From Chiloscyllium plagiosum (lineage: Eukaryota), in contig NW_025214396.1 in assembly GCF_004010195.1 (NCBI RefSeq), forward strand, positions 1 through 42,916: DNA of 42,916 bases. The letters are read 5' to 3'. The position numbers and the translations under genes are program-made. The number at the start of each line of letters is the position of its first letter. Within the stretch, counting starts at the first letter, position 1. The notes under the pieces were generated by a model that had not been told where the DNA came from, ran no database searches, and saw only the letters and a list, made by a program, of their open reading frames with translations. Of this stretch, positions 12,455-23,830 are shown one piece after another.

Positions 12455-13110
12455 AGACCATCCTTGGAATATTGTGTTCGGTTCTGGTCGCCTCATTAAA
12501 GGAAAGATGTGGAAGCTTTAGAGAGGGTGCAGAGGAGATTTTCACAGTTGCCTTCCCCCCAGCCCTATCCCACTCCTATTTATCTCTCAGCCCCCTTTGC
12601 CCTCACCCCCCCACATTCCTGATGAAGAGCTTAGGCTCGAAATGTCGACTCTCCTGCTCCTCGGATGCTGCCTGACCGGCTGCAGGGCCTGTCTTATGAA
12701 GAGACGGTTGAGGGAGCTGGGTTTTTCTCATTGGAATGAGGAAGGATGAGAGGTGACTTGATAGAGGTGTACAAGAAAATGAAAGGCATAGATAGAGTGG
12801 ATAGCCAGAGACATTTTCCCATGGCAGAAATGGCTATCATGAGGGGACAGAATGTTAAGGTAATTGGAAGAAAATTTAGGGGAGATGTCAGAGTAGGTTC
12901 TTTACTCAGAGAGTAGTGGGTGCGTGGAATGCACTGCCAGCAGTGGTGATGGAGTCAGATACATTAGGGACATTTAAGCAACTCTTGGATAGGCACATGG
13001 ATAATAGTAAAATTAATGGTATGTAGGTTAGTTTGATCTTAGAGTAGTATAAAAAGCCAATACAACATTGAGGGCTGAAGGGCCTATACTATGGCTGTAC
13101 TGTTCTATGT
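12455..13110 (+). mobile_element. CR1 LINE 3' region, interrupted by a Penelope piece at ~12541-12680
   Basis: RPSLEYCVRFWSP, RGDLIEVYK, RVVGAWNALP motifs; tail CTGTACTGTTCTATGTT. Confidence 0.9.
12615..12650 (+). ncRNA. Minimal type I hammerhead ribozyme motif (Penelope pLTR)
   Basis: AUUC-CUGAUGA-A-GAGC(UUAG)GCUC-GAAA-UG-UC-GACU; core intact, stem III palindrome decayed. Confidence 0.7.
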
Positions 13111-13261
13111 TGAGTTAACATAGGAATGCAATGAATTACGGAGTGATATGTTTTGCCAAAAAATACAGGGAGGTAATACACAACTAAGAGTACTTTTTTG
13201 ACCAAATTTTGATCCTTAATTTGTCATTTCAGACCAAAGTGGGTATATATAAGCAGCAATC

Positions 13262-13610
13262 ATTGCAGAGCAAAAGGACCTGTGGGTTTATGTGGGTATA
13301 TAAATGCAGCAATCATTGCAATCGTGAGATCCAGAAATTTATATATTGAAGCATAGAGTATAAAAGCAGAAGTGTTGTGATAAAATCTTATAAAACAATT
13401 GTTCTACCTCAGCTGTAGCATTGTGTCCAAGTATGGGCACCATACTGAAGAAAGATGTGTGAAAGCATTAGAGGGAGTGAAAAAACTTTCATAAGAATTG
13501 GATGAGAGACTTCAGTTATCCGTATAGATTGGAGAAACTGAGGCTGAAAGGATATTTGAAGAAAAAATATTTCCAGCACAGTTAATAGCTAGGATCTGGA
13601 ATGCACTGTA
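13262..13610 (+). mobile_element. Decayed CR1 fragment
   Basis: YKTIVLPQL..CVQVWAP and RIWNAL-like motifs. Confidence 0.65.
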
Positions 13611-13689
13611 TTTTCACCTCCTTCTCCACCAACTCCTGTATTTAACTAAAACCTTCCTCTGCTATTTGCTTGTCCAGTGCGAATAGAAG

Positions 13690-14130
13690 AAATAGGGAAC
13701 ATAAAACACATGGCTCATCCACCCTGCTCCACCATTCAACATGATCACAGCTGCTTTCTGGTTTCACCTTCACTTTCCCATCCCCTCTGCTTTCCTTTGA
13801 TTCTCTGAGAGATAAAATGTTGTCGAGCCCACTCTTAAATGTATTTACTAATGGGGAATCTACAGGTTTCTGGAGGAAAGAATTCTGAAGATTCACAACC
13901 CTTTCAATGAAGAAATCTTTCCCCATCTCAGTCCGACACCTTATCCTGAGACTTTGTCCCCATATTGTAGTTTCCCAATCAGTAGGAAGCAATATTTCAG
14001 TACCTACCCTTTTGTTGAATATCTCAATGATGTCACCTCTCATTCTTCAAAACTCCAGAGAATTTATTCAGCCTCACACATTATAGGACAACCCCTTCAT
14101 CCCAGATATCAGCTTACTGATTTTTCACTG
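13690..14130 (-). mobile_element. CR1 LINE 3' end
   Basis: MRGDIIEIFN...RTEMGKDFFIERVVNLQNSFLQK. Confidence 0.8.
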
Positions 14131-14149
14131 CATACAATGCAAATACCAC

Positions 14150-14530
14150 CTCCTAAATTTAACACTGAGGTACAACAATTTCAGATTATGATTAATTCTG
14201 TTTCCTTTCTCTGTGCATGTTTTAGTCTCTTACTTATTTGTCTTCACTTTTGCTGTTTGAACAGCAGCCATTCATCATTCCACCATTTGCATCTCCTCGA
14301 GCCTCATCTTTTGTTTCTTCAGCTGACCCATCACAATTCCCTTTGGCTTTGCATCACTCGCTAGTTTGTTCCTCTTTCATCTCCCCCTTCACTTCTTTAA
14401 CCCCCATTAAACCTCTACGTACTTCCAGTTTTGATGAAAGAGCAATGATCTAAAGTGTTAACTCTGTTTCTCTTTCCAAAGAAACTGCTTGACCTACTGA
14501 AAATTTGTGGAGACTTCGGTTTTTATTGCA
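14150..14530 (+). mobile_element. Old Penelope-like 3' end with decayed hammerhead
   Basis: Pyrimidine-rich UTR then TTGATGAAAG...TGTTAACTCTGTTTCTCT...CTGCTTGACCTACTGA. Confidence 0.55.
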
Positions 14531-14674
14531 AATCAGGCTTGTTTTTTAAACATTGACAGACAGTCTATAGTATGTGTGTAAACTAACTAGCCCTCTGACA
14601 CTCCTATCTCTAACATTCAGATTGAACTTGTCCACATGGAGACAATAGTCAACATTCGCTACTCTTCCTATAAG

Positions 14675-14876
14675 ATTAAAAATCACACAACACCAGGTTA
14701 TAGTCCAACAGGTTTAATTGGAAGCACGCTAGCTTTCAGAGCGACAATCACCTGATGAAGGAGCGTCGCTCAGAAAGCTAGTGTGCTTCCAATTAAACCT
14801 GTTGGACTATAACCTGGTGTTGTGTGATTTTTAACTTTGTACAGCCCAGTCCAACACCGGCATCTCCAAATCATGA
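14675..14876 (+). mobile_element. Palindromic Penelope pLTR insertion with TSD
   Basis: 70-bp inverted arms 14676-14745 and 14765-14834 (2 mismatches); flanked by CTTCCTAT at 14664 and 14877. Confidence 0.9.
14749..14783 (+). ncRNA. Minimal type I hammerhead ribozyme motif
   Basis: CAC-CUGAUGA-A-GGAGC(GUC)GCUCA-GAAA-GC-UA-GUG; stem I CAC/GUG, palindromic AGCU stem III, one stem II mismatch. Confidence 0.75.
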
Positions 14877-14897
14877 CTTCCTATCAGAGTTTCTGTA

Positions 14898-15058
14898 AGA
14901 TTAGATTAGATTAGATTACTTACAGTGTGAAAACAGGCCCTTCAGCCCAACAAGTCCACACCAACCCGCCGAAGCGTAACCCACCCAGACCCATTCCCCT
15001 ACATTTACCCCTTCACCTAACACTACGGGCAATTTAGCATGGCCAATTCACCTAACCT
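14898..15058 (-). mobile_element. HE1 SINE, 5'-truncated
   Basis: (AGATT)n tail and ACTTACAGTGTGAAAACAGGCCC...GGGCAATTTAGCATGGCCAATTCACC. Confidence 0.9.
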
Positions 15059-15583
15059 TCAGTTTATTGCAATATTGATAAATTCATAAATATCAGTAAA
15101 TTACTCCTGCCCCTTTTTAAAGTATCAGCACTTAGAAATATCAATACTTTTCCTTAAACTAAATAAATCTCATAAGTCACTAGAGGTCTATACTGTGCTG
15201 TTGGCTGCTTCTTCTTGCTCACTTTATCACTTATCACTGCAACACTGAAAATCCCATTTCTTAAAAAAGCTAAAAGTTCCACCTGTGCCCATGATGATCA
15301 CAAGAAGAACTTCTCCTGTCTGTTTTCTTAACTACTGATAGCATGAATAGTCTATTAACTTATGAAGGCAGTGTCAAATAGTAAGATTATAGTTATATCA
15401 GGTCAGTCTTGCTTTAATCATTTGTGAAGAATGTGAATCACATTCAGATGTAATGATTCAAAATCTGGAAGTATATTCGCAGAATTGCCGAACTATTCCA
15501 CAGCTCCCGTCTAATAGCAGTGTAATTTCCCATCCTCCAATTAAATACCTTCCCATACTGTCTGCCCCTATCCCTCTCCATGG

Positions 15584-15796
15584 TTATTGTAAAGGTGAGG
15601 CAGTGTGGTCACTGTCACCAGAATGCTGTCCCACTTGGCATGGCTCATTGCCTAACACCAAATCCAACATGGCCTCCCCCCTAATTAGCCTATCTACATA
15701 TTGAGTCAGGAATCCCTCCTGGACACACCTGACAAATTCAGCTCCATCCAGACCACCTGCAATCAATATTGGGGACATTGAAGTCACCCATAACAA
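15584..15796 (-). mobile_element. CR1 endonuclease domain, C-terminal part
   Basis: GLDGAEFVRCVQEGFLTQYVDR..RGEAMLDLVLGNEP...GDSDH. Confidence 0.9.
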
Positions 15797-15799
15797 AGG

Positions 15800-15920
15800 G
15801 ATGGAGTAAAGTGTGTCTGTTTCAATGTGTCAGAAATAAGAGTGATGAACTTCCAGTATGGATCAGTACTTGGAACTATGATGTTGTGGCCATAATGGAG
15901 ACATGGATTTCACAGAGGTG
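15800..15920 (+). mobile_element. CR1 endonuclease domain, N-terminal part
   Basis: VRNKSDELPVWISTWNYDVVAIMETWI. Confidence 0.85.
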
Positions 15921-15924
15921 CCCA

Positions 15925-17338
15925 TGTTTGCTGCAGCAGCAGCAGCAGGAGCGGTGAGAGCAAGGACCAGAGGGCTGCCGGAAAGGTAAATTAATCCTTT
16001 AAAAACTTAGCTCATGGGATCAGGGGCCTCCATTTTTGCAGCAGCAGCAGCGGGAGTAGGGCATGGGAACTGCTGAGTCTGTGAGGTAATATATTTGGGC
16101 AGTTGCTTTACCCAAAACTCAACTTAGATAGTGTGTCCCACCCATCCTCCTTCTCTTACCAAAAGAAACGGTTCTGTACATTGATTCGGTAAGGTTACTC
16201 TTTTTGTTGAATAGTCTCTTTGAAAAAGCAGAACAGTGGGAATGGATGCTAGGGCAGTTGCATGCTCCTCCTGTAGAATGGAGGGAGCTAAGGGTCACCA
16301 CTAGTGTCCTCACTGACTTCAGCTGTGGGAAGTACTTCGGGCTCAGTGGTTAGCACTGCTGTCTCACAGTGCCAGGGATTCGGGATTCTCTGGGTGCTCC
16401 GGTTTCCTCCCACAATGCAAAGATGTGCAGGTCAGGTGAATTGGCCATACTAAATTTCCCGAAGTGTTCAGGGGTGTGTAGGTTAGGTGCATTAGTTAGG
16501 GGTAAATGTAGTGTAGTAGGGGATTGGGTCTGGGTGGGATACTCTTCGGAGAGTCGGTGTGAACTTGTAGGGCCGAATGTCCTGTTTCCGCACTGTAGGG
16601 ATTCTATGATTCTTAAAGGAAAGTACACCCAACTCCAGCTCCTTGGAAACCATGTTAGCGATCTGGAGCTGGAGCTGGATGAACTTGGGATCATTTGGGA
16701 GGTGAAGGGGGTTATTGAGAGGAGCTACAGGGAGGTAGTCACATCTCAGGTGCAAGAATGAGGCAGATGGGTAACTGTCGGGGGACAGAAAGGGGACAGG
16801 CAGACAGTGCAGGGATCCCCTGTGGCCATTCCCCTCAATAATAAGTATACCGTTTTGGATACTATTGTGGGGTTAGCCTTACCAGGGGAAAGTCATAGTG
16901 GTCAGGTCTCTGGCACTGAGCCTGGATCTGTGGCTCAGAAGGGAAGAGGAGAGAATAGAAAATCACTAGTGGTAGGAGACTCAATAGTTAGAGGAAAGGA
17001 CAGGAGATTCTGTGGTCACGAACGGGACTCCCAGAAGGTATGTCCAAGGTCTGGGATTTCTCTGATCGAGTCTACAAGATTCTGAAGGGGAAGGCAAGCA
17101 GTCAGAAGTCATGGTGCATATTGGCACCAATGGCATAGCCAGGAAAAGGGATAAGGATCTAAAAAGTGATCTCGGAGTTAGGTTGGAAGCTAAAAAGCAG
17201 GACAAGCAGAGTAATAGTCTCAGGATTACTACTGGTGCCACATGCTCATGAGGCGAGAACAGGGAGCAAGTGCAGTTAAACACATGGCTTACAGGGCTGG
17301 TTCGGGAGTGAGGACTTCAGATATGTAGATCATTGGGT
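15925..17338 (+). mobile_element. CR1 5' UTR and decayed ORF1 (zinc finger/leucine zipper plus SGNH esterase)
   Basis: AVACSSCRM, QLQLL..HVSDLELELDEL, IPLNNKYTVLDT, LVVGDSIVRG, VHIGTNGI, VIVSGLL motifs. Confidence 0.9.
16341..16613 (+). mobile_element. HE1 SINE (internal deletion) nested in CR1 ORF1
   Basis: GCTCAGTGGTTAGCACTGC head, V-domain, GATTCTATGATTCT tail; approximate TSD GGA(A)AGTAC. Confidence 0.9.
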
Positions 17339-17339
17339 T

Positions 17340-17580
17340 CCCAAGTCTTCATATTTTTCTTCATGGTAAACACAGAGAAGAAGTATTCATTGAGGATGAA
17401 TGCCTCCAACAGTTCTACACATACACACCCACTTTGATCCTTGAGGGTCCTATTCTCTCTCCAGTTATTCTTCTTCCTTTAACATACTTAAAGAATCTCT
17501 TTGGAGTCACCCTAATCTTCTTAGCCAAAGCTATCTTGTGTCCCCTTTTTGCCTTTCTGATTACCTTCTTCAGTAAACTC
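17340..17580 (-). mobile_element. CR1 ORF2 EN-RT linker fragment
   Basis: KKVIRKAKRGHKIALAKKIRVTPKRFFKYVKGRRITGERIGP. Confidence 0.85.
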
Positions 17581-17785
17581 AGATAATAATTATCCAGGAA
17601 TGCATCAAGCACCTTCAGACTTACAGTTGGGATAAAGCAGAAGCCAAGTGCAAAAAGCAAAAGGAGCATGCTCTCACACCAACACCCCACCCACCTCTTC
17701 CTATGACCACACTCTCTCCTAGGTGTAACAAAGCCTATGGAAGCCATATCGTTCTGTACAGCCATGTATGGAGTGAAAGAGAGCT

Positions 17786-18135
17786 ATAAGAACATGAGAA
17801 CTAGGAGCAGGAGTCGGCCGTCTGGCCCCTCAAGCCTGTTCCATCACTCAATAAGATCATGGTTGATCTACTCATGGACTCAGCCCCCTGCCCGCTCACT
17901 CTAACTCTTAATTCCTTTACTGCTCAAAAATCTATCTTTGCCTCAAATACATTCAACAAGGTAGCCTCAACTGTTTCACTGCACAGGAAATTCCACAGAT
18001 TCACAACCTCTTTGAGTGAAAACGTTCTTCCTGGACTCAGTCCTAAATCTCCCCTTATTTTGAGGCTATGCCTGCTAGTTCTAGTTTCACCTACCAGTGG
18101 AAAAAACCTCCCTGCTTCTATCTTACCTCATCTAT
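17786..18135 (-). mobile_element. CR1 LINE 3' end
   Basis: ATAAGAACATGAGAACTAGGAGCAGGAGT tail; GAAATTCCACAGATTCACAACC (VVNLWNF antisense). Confidence 0.8.
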
Positions 18136-18722
18136 GAGGTGTCACCAATGATGATGATGAGATAATACTCCCCCCTCCCTCTCCAAGCATTGCGAAATGG
18201 CACGTAACTCCTTCCTGGCCTCAGTTTCTGCCCTGACTCCCCAACAAACTTCAAGACCTCAGCCCTTTGTTCCTACTAAATGCACACAACACCAGCAACC
18301 TCCTTTCAGCAGCTCCCCCTTTTCTGGCATTGCTGCTCCTCCATCACATTGTGGTTCTGGCCCACCTTTGTTGCTAATTGCCTGTCAGCTGCTTACCATG
18401 GTGGTGCACTTGCTTATCATTCCCTACCATTTTTATATGGGTGATTAATTGCTCCCTCTGAAGAACTAACATCTGCAGGCAGCTGAGGGATGTCAAGGCT
18501 TGATTGGACCACCTCTCCCTATATTTTGAACCTCGTTCCTCTTATTTGAATACATTTTGCCCTTGTATCATTCTGATGGATGTTGTACTTCGACCTTTCC
18601 AAGTCCAGTTTACCCTCCCAGAAGTACAGAACCTAAAACTGAGCACAGTGTTCTGAATGGGGTATTTTATACCAGTGTTGCAGAACCTCCATCGTTTTCT
18701 ATAACAGGGCCCTTGCAATAAT

Positions 18723-18985
18723 TGGAGTTTGCATATTCTCCCTGTCTGTGTGGGTTTTCTCATGGTGCTCCGGTTTCCTTGCATAATCCAAAGGTGTGCA
18801 GGTTAGGTGAATTGACCATGCTAAATTGCCCATAGTGTTCAGGGATGTGTAGGTTAGATGCAATAGTTAGGGGTAAATGTAGAGTAGTAGGGGGAATGGG
18901 TCTAAGTGGATTACTCTTTGGAGGGTCGGTGTGGACTTGTAGGGCCGAATGGCCTGTTTCTGCACTGTAGGGATTCTATCATTCT
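18723..18985 (+). mobile_element. HE1 SINE, 5'-truncated
   Basis: V-domain and GGCCTGTTTCTGCACTGTAGGGATTCT tail. Confidence 0.9.
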
Positions 18986-19800
18986 TAAAGGAACTTTACG
19001 TCAGATTTGGGGTGAGAACCTCTCATTAAAGTGACTAATTGCTGCAGCGTTAGCAGATTTATCCTCAATGCATTGTGACATCTGCCAGTCACAAGCTTCA
19101 GTTTATCATGGGATCAATCATCAGAAAGCATGACATGATGCCAAAGGTGGCTTTCATATTGCAACAGCTGTAAGGAAACAAAGTAACAGAATAATGAAGC
19201 ATCATTTTCATTTGAAGTGCCTTAAGCATCATACAATCCAAGCTGGTATCAAGGGGAAATTAAAGGATGAGTGTATGTTTTATTTGAATGCAAAAATATT
19301 AATTAGGAGATTTTGTAATTTGCTGTCAGTGTCAGGAATGGCAATCGATATTTGAGGACAAGGCTGTGTTTGAAATTCAAAGCACTGAACAGCAGGCTTA
19401 GCAAAATGCCTTATTAAGCTGCTATAGATTGGATTGGTGCATCTTCCAGCTGCAGATACACAGCAATTTACCAAGAACTTTCTTCCCGTTGCCTCTCAGG
19501 ATTGAGATAAGCTGCACACTGAGTCTATTGGACATTCACCAAAATGAATAATTCGTCTGCAATAAAAAAATATTTTCTATGAAATGTGCTTGAAAGAGTC
19601 AGCACAGACAGGAAACGTTTCTGAGTCTGCAATTCTATGGAGTAGAGTCTTTACTAGTGCTATGAATGCTATGGAGATGTTTGTGGGTGAATCAGATGAA
19701 AAATCCCAGTGGGACCTGTCTCAGAGGCAGGAGCAACTCACTCCTTAACAAGCTTTGAGGTGAGTTTCTTGCTAGGCAGTGATGAGCTCTAATTAAAGAG

Positions 19801-20089
19801 GATTAGATTACCCGAGGTTCAGTGTGGAAACAGGCCCTTTGGCCCAACATGTCCACACCAACCCTCTGAAGAGTAACAATCCCAGACCCAATCCCCTACT
19901 ATTCTACATTTATCCCCAACTAATGCTTCTAACCTACACACCCCTGAACACTATGGACAATTTAGCATGGCCAATTCACCTAATCTACGCATCTTTGGAT
20001 TGTGGGAGGAAACCGGAGCACCCAGAGGAAACCCATACAGATATGGTGGGTTCCCCAAGGCTGGAATCAAACCTGGGTCCCTGGCACTG
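19801..20089 (-). mobile_element. HE1 SINE (left member of a fused inverted pair)
   Basis: GATTAGATT tail, antisense V-domain, ends CCTGGGTCCCTGGCACTG. Confidence 0.9.
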
Positions 20090-20376
20090 CTGCCTCACAG
20101 CACCAGGGACCCGGGTTCGATTCCAGTCTCAGGCAACTGTCTGTGTAGAGTTTGCATATTCTCCTTATATCTGGGTGGGTTTCCTCCGGGTGATCAGGTT
20201 TCCTCCCACAGTCACAAAGATGTGCAGGTTAGGATGGATTGGCCATGCTAAATTGCCCATAGTGTTAGGCGCATTAATCAAAGGGAAATGGGTCTGGGTG
20301 GGTTACTCTTCACAGGGTCGGTGTAGACTTGTCGGGCTGAACGGCCTGTTTCCACACTGTAGGGAATCTAATCAAA
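20084..20376 (+). mobile_element. HE1 SINE (right member of a fused inverted pair)
   Basis: Starts GCACTGCTGCCTCACAGCACCAGGGACCCGGGTTCGATTCC; tail GGGAATCTAATC. Confidence 0.9.
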
Positions 20377-20886
20377 TACCTTGTTAATACTCTAACTGAG
20401 CTTTCGATCTTACTAAATGAGCCGATCAGACTAGACGTTGAGAATTCTCGACATGACAGTGCCAGTGGGTACCTGGTGACTCCTGCTTACTACAGGCTGA
20501 GAGGAGCCTCCATGTCGTTCAGCACCAATCAGCATCTCAGGGCACAGTCCATGGGTACCCGTCACATAAATCCTTTGTTCATTGGCATCCAGCATTTGCC
20601 ACTCCTCACGACCACCTCTTCAATACACTGGCAAGATGCTCTGGAAGCACAGACTTACATAGCAGACCACGCCAGCAACTAATATTGAAAGGCTGCAGTG
20701 GGGACACTTTGCACAGGGTCAGGTATCTAGCTCATTGACCAGGGCTGTTATACTAACTCACTATTCCTCATGCTCACAGTATCCATGCCTTGCTATGCTG
20801 TGCTGTGTTGTGTTTTTTAGTGCATTTGTTTCTTAGGCAGAGTCAAAGTCTATCAATACTGCCGTATTGACGTTATCTTTAACACA

Positions 20887-21489
20887 TGTGAGAAACGAAA
20901 CTCACTGTTCAATAATTTCAGTCCGAGTCAAATTCTGAAGCAGTCTTTATTCATATGGTCTTGCAAGTCCGGGCGACCACAATGTAGTCACACCCAATCG
21001 GGGGTTACATTACAATTTATACAGTTCAGTTGAGTCTTTCGGTACTCCCCTTTTACATCATACGTGATAGTTGTATTGCTCTGTACAATTGCTAATCTAA
21101 TCGGTTTACCACATCTGTCTGTGGCCTGTTGTTGGCATGTAACTACCCCCCTTGATAGCTGAGTATTATTATTTTTGCTGACGCAACACTGGGTCTTATT
21201 TGATTATCTTGTCCATCTTAGCTCCCTATGTGCATGACAATTGCAACTGTCATGTCAATACACCTGTTTCTACCAGTCGACCATCTCCCTTTGTGGTTAG
21301 TTATTTCTTGATATACACCCACGTGATTCCGCCTTGCAATTTTTGCAGAAGCAAGATACAGCTACTTGTAACTCTTTGTGCAAGCATATCTAGCTTAACA
21401 TATACCTCCTTCCCCCCTCCCCCCCCCCCAACCATGACTCAGCCTTGTGATTTTTGCAGAAACAACAAACTTCACAAGCGCTTCTCACA
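20887..21489 (-). mobile_element. Solo LTR (603 bp), probably Gypsy-type
   Basis: TGTGAGAA...TTCTCACA inverted termini, 4-bp TSD CACA, minus-strand TATAAA (21016-21021) and AATAAA (20946-20951). Confidence 0.85.
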
Positions 21490-21524
21490 CACAGACCTAT
21501 GGGGGGTGGGGAAGGGGGCAACTT

Positions 21525-21758
21525 GCTGCATGGCACGGGATGAATGTAGATTTCTCCAGCTTCCTCATTTCCCCTCCCCCCACCCCCCCTCCACCTTTTA
21601 TCTCAGCCCGCGTGGCACACCAGTCTCATTCCTGAAGAAGGGCTTATGCCCAAAACGTTGATTCTCCTGCTCCTCGGATGCTGCCTGACCTGCTGCGCTT
21701 TTCCAGCACCACACTTTTCAACTCTGGTCTCCAGCATCTGCAGTCCTCACTTTCTCCT
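21525..21758 (+). mobile_element. Penelope-like 3' end/pLTR with hammerhead carrying a G12A change
   Basis: HGMNVDFSSF then CTGAAGA-A-GGGC-TTAT-GCCC-AAAACGTT and shared tail. Confidence 0.85.
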
Positions 21759-22199
21759 TGCAGCGTGACACACAAAGATAACCAATCCAACATTTACAGC
21801 CTATGCCAACTGCCTCGGTAGCAAACCATTCTTTGTTCAACTCAGAAGGGAGCTAAGGGAGGGAGGGTCCATTGCTTCCCTGTCTGTCCGTGACCATGAA
21901 ATGATGGTCTGGTCTGAATACAGGGAGAAGGTGAATGGTTGGTGTAGGCCTGGGATGGGAACGGGGTCGGAGGGCAGCAGCCAGTCCCTTTTGATGGAAT
22001 GCTTAGGTCAATCAGCTGACTCGGCACCTTCACCAAGTTGGTGCCCAAGCTGAGGCTGAAGCTGAATGAATGATGGAGACATGGTCCAGGTTTTTGGGGT
22101 GCAGCCTGGGTCTCTCATTGGTTTTCAGACCTTTTGCTCTCCGTGCAGGCCATTTCCACCGAGAGTAGGTCCAGCTGCTGGTGGGATGTTGGTCGCTGT

Positions 22200-22516
22200 G
22201 GTTACCTTCCTCAGAAGATGAAGGCGGATGCAGGAGAACAAGGCTGGCAAGAACAAAGCAGCAGCTGAGCCCTGTGGAGAACAAAAGCTGCCAGTTCAGG
22301 GAGAAGTCACAGCCTCAGGGCCCCTCAGGATGTGTGCAGTCCACAGGCAGAACACAATCTTTCAGCCCTGGTTCTATTATAAGGGGATGAGCAGGGTACA
22401 GTGTCAAGGCAGGCTCCATGTGACCAGGGACACTGTGAGGGAACTGTGCTGGAAGCTGGAGCAGGACCTGAGGGCTGCAGGAGTAGGAGGCAATCAACTC
22501 TAGTTGACTGTCCATA
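22200..22516 (+). mobile_element. PIF/Harbinger (HARBI1-like) transposase N-terminal remnant
   Basis: IFQPWFYYKGMSRVQCQGRLHVTRDTVRELCWKLEQDLRAAGVGGNQL*LTV resembles the Harbinger N-terminal helical region. Confidence 0.7.
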
Positions 22517-22544
22517 ATATAAATGGCCCAGTTGTGTGCAATTA

Positions 22545-23260
22545 TCTAATAAGGTATGGTGGATAGCCGATGAGGATCAATGAAGGGAAGTGTGAGTTGA
22601 TGCATTTTGGTCAGAAGAACATTGAAATACAATATGAATTAGGGAATACAATTCAAAAAACGGTACAGAAGCAGAGTGTCACAAAGGTTGAGGGAGCAAT
22701 TAATAAATCATGGAATTGTAAACGTTTTTTTTTAAATCGAAGAAAAGAATACAAGAGCGAGGAGTTGATTTTGAACTCGGTGAGGTACCTTGTTAGATCT
22801 CAGCTGGAGTAACATGCACTATTCTTGGTATCACATTTTGGGAAGATGCAAATGGATTGGAGAGTGTGTAGAAGCAGGTTACAAGAATGGTTCCAGGGAT
22901 AAGGACCTTTAGCTATGAGGAGAGATTAAAGAAGTTGGGATTGTTCTCCTTGGAGATAAGGCAGCTGAGGAGCCATCTGATAGAAGCTGTCAAACCATGA
23001 CAGAGCTGTGTAGAGTAGATAGGGAGAGACTGTTTCTTCTTTGAAAAGGAATGAGAATGGAAGGCCATAGAATTAACGGGATTTGCAAAAGAAACAAAAT
23101 AAAGGTGAGAAGAAATAATTCCACTCAGCAAGTAGTTAAGATGTGGTAAGCATGGTCTGGAAATGTGGTGCAGACCAGTTCAACTGAAACATTCAAGTGA
23201 GCATTGGATAATTATTTGAATAGAAATGATTGCAAGGATATGAACATAAGGTTATGAGAT
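22545..23260 (+). mobile_element. Decayed CR1 ORF2 3' part
   Basis: KCELMHFGQKN, LVRSQLE, SYEERLKKLGLFSLE motifs. Confidence 0.8.
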
Positions 23261-23575
23261 ACATTGGAAAAAGTATAGAGTTGCACACTTTAATAACATT
23301 TTTGCATTCTATCATTATTTCCTCCTCCACTTTGAGCTGGAGGCTGTTATTCAGATTCATAGGGATGTGCAGCATGGAAACAGACCCTTCAGTCCAATTC
23401 ATCCATGCCGACCAGATATCCCAACCCAATCTAGTTCCATTTACCAGCACCCATCCCACATCCCTCTAAACCCTTCCTAATCATAGATCCATTCAGATGC
23501 CTTTCAAAATGTTGTAATTATACCAGCCTGCACCACTTCCTCTGGCAACTCATTCCAGATGTTCACCAACCTCTT

Positions 23576-23830
23576 CGTGAATTCCTAGAAGCATGGCACT
23601 CATCCACAAACTCCATCAACAAACACATCGACCTGGACCCAATATACCGGCCACTACAGCGGACAGCTGAAACTGACAACCGGAAGCGGCAGGGACAGGC
23701 CACTATAAATGCCGGAGGAAACACCACAGAAGCGCTTCACAGGATGCTCCCAAGCACTGAGGATGTCACCTAGACAGGGGACGAAACGTTTGTAACAAAA
23801 CTTTCCAGCTCGGCAAACAGAACCACAACA
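23576..23830 (+). mobile_element. Penelope-like element 3' end (distinct family)
   Basis: REFLEAWHSSTNSINKHIDLDPIYRPLQ (GIY-YIG C-terminus), TATAAA at ~23704, hammerhead downstream. Confidence 0.88.
23754..23793 (+). ncRNA. Minimal type I hammerhead ribozyme motif
   Basis: GCA-CUGAGGA-U-GUCACC(UAGACA)GGGGAC-GAAA-CG-UU-UGU; core intact, ACGU palindrome. Confidence 0.75.

Noticed and set aside
14676..14834. DNA-transposon MITE or canonical miRNA gene
   Set aside because: The arms are Penelope pLTR sequence also found at 9260-9330 and 39235-39295
19824..20387. 187-aa ORF
   Set aside because: Read-through of two fused SINEs
22228..22503. Domesticated HARBI1 gene
   Set aside because: Only an N-terminal fragment with an in-frame stop; no DDE domain
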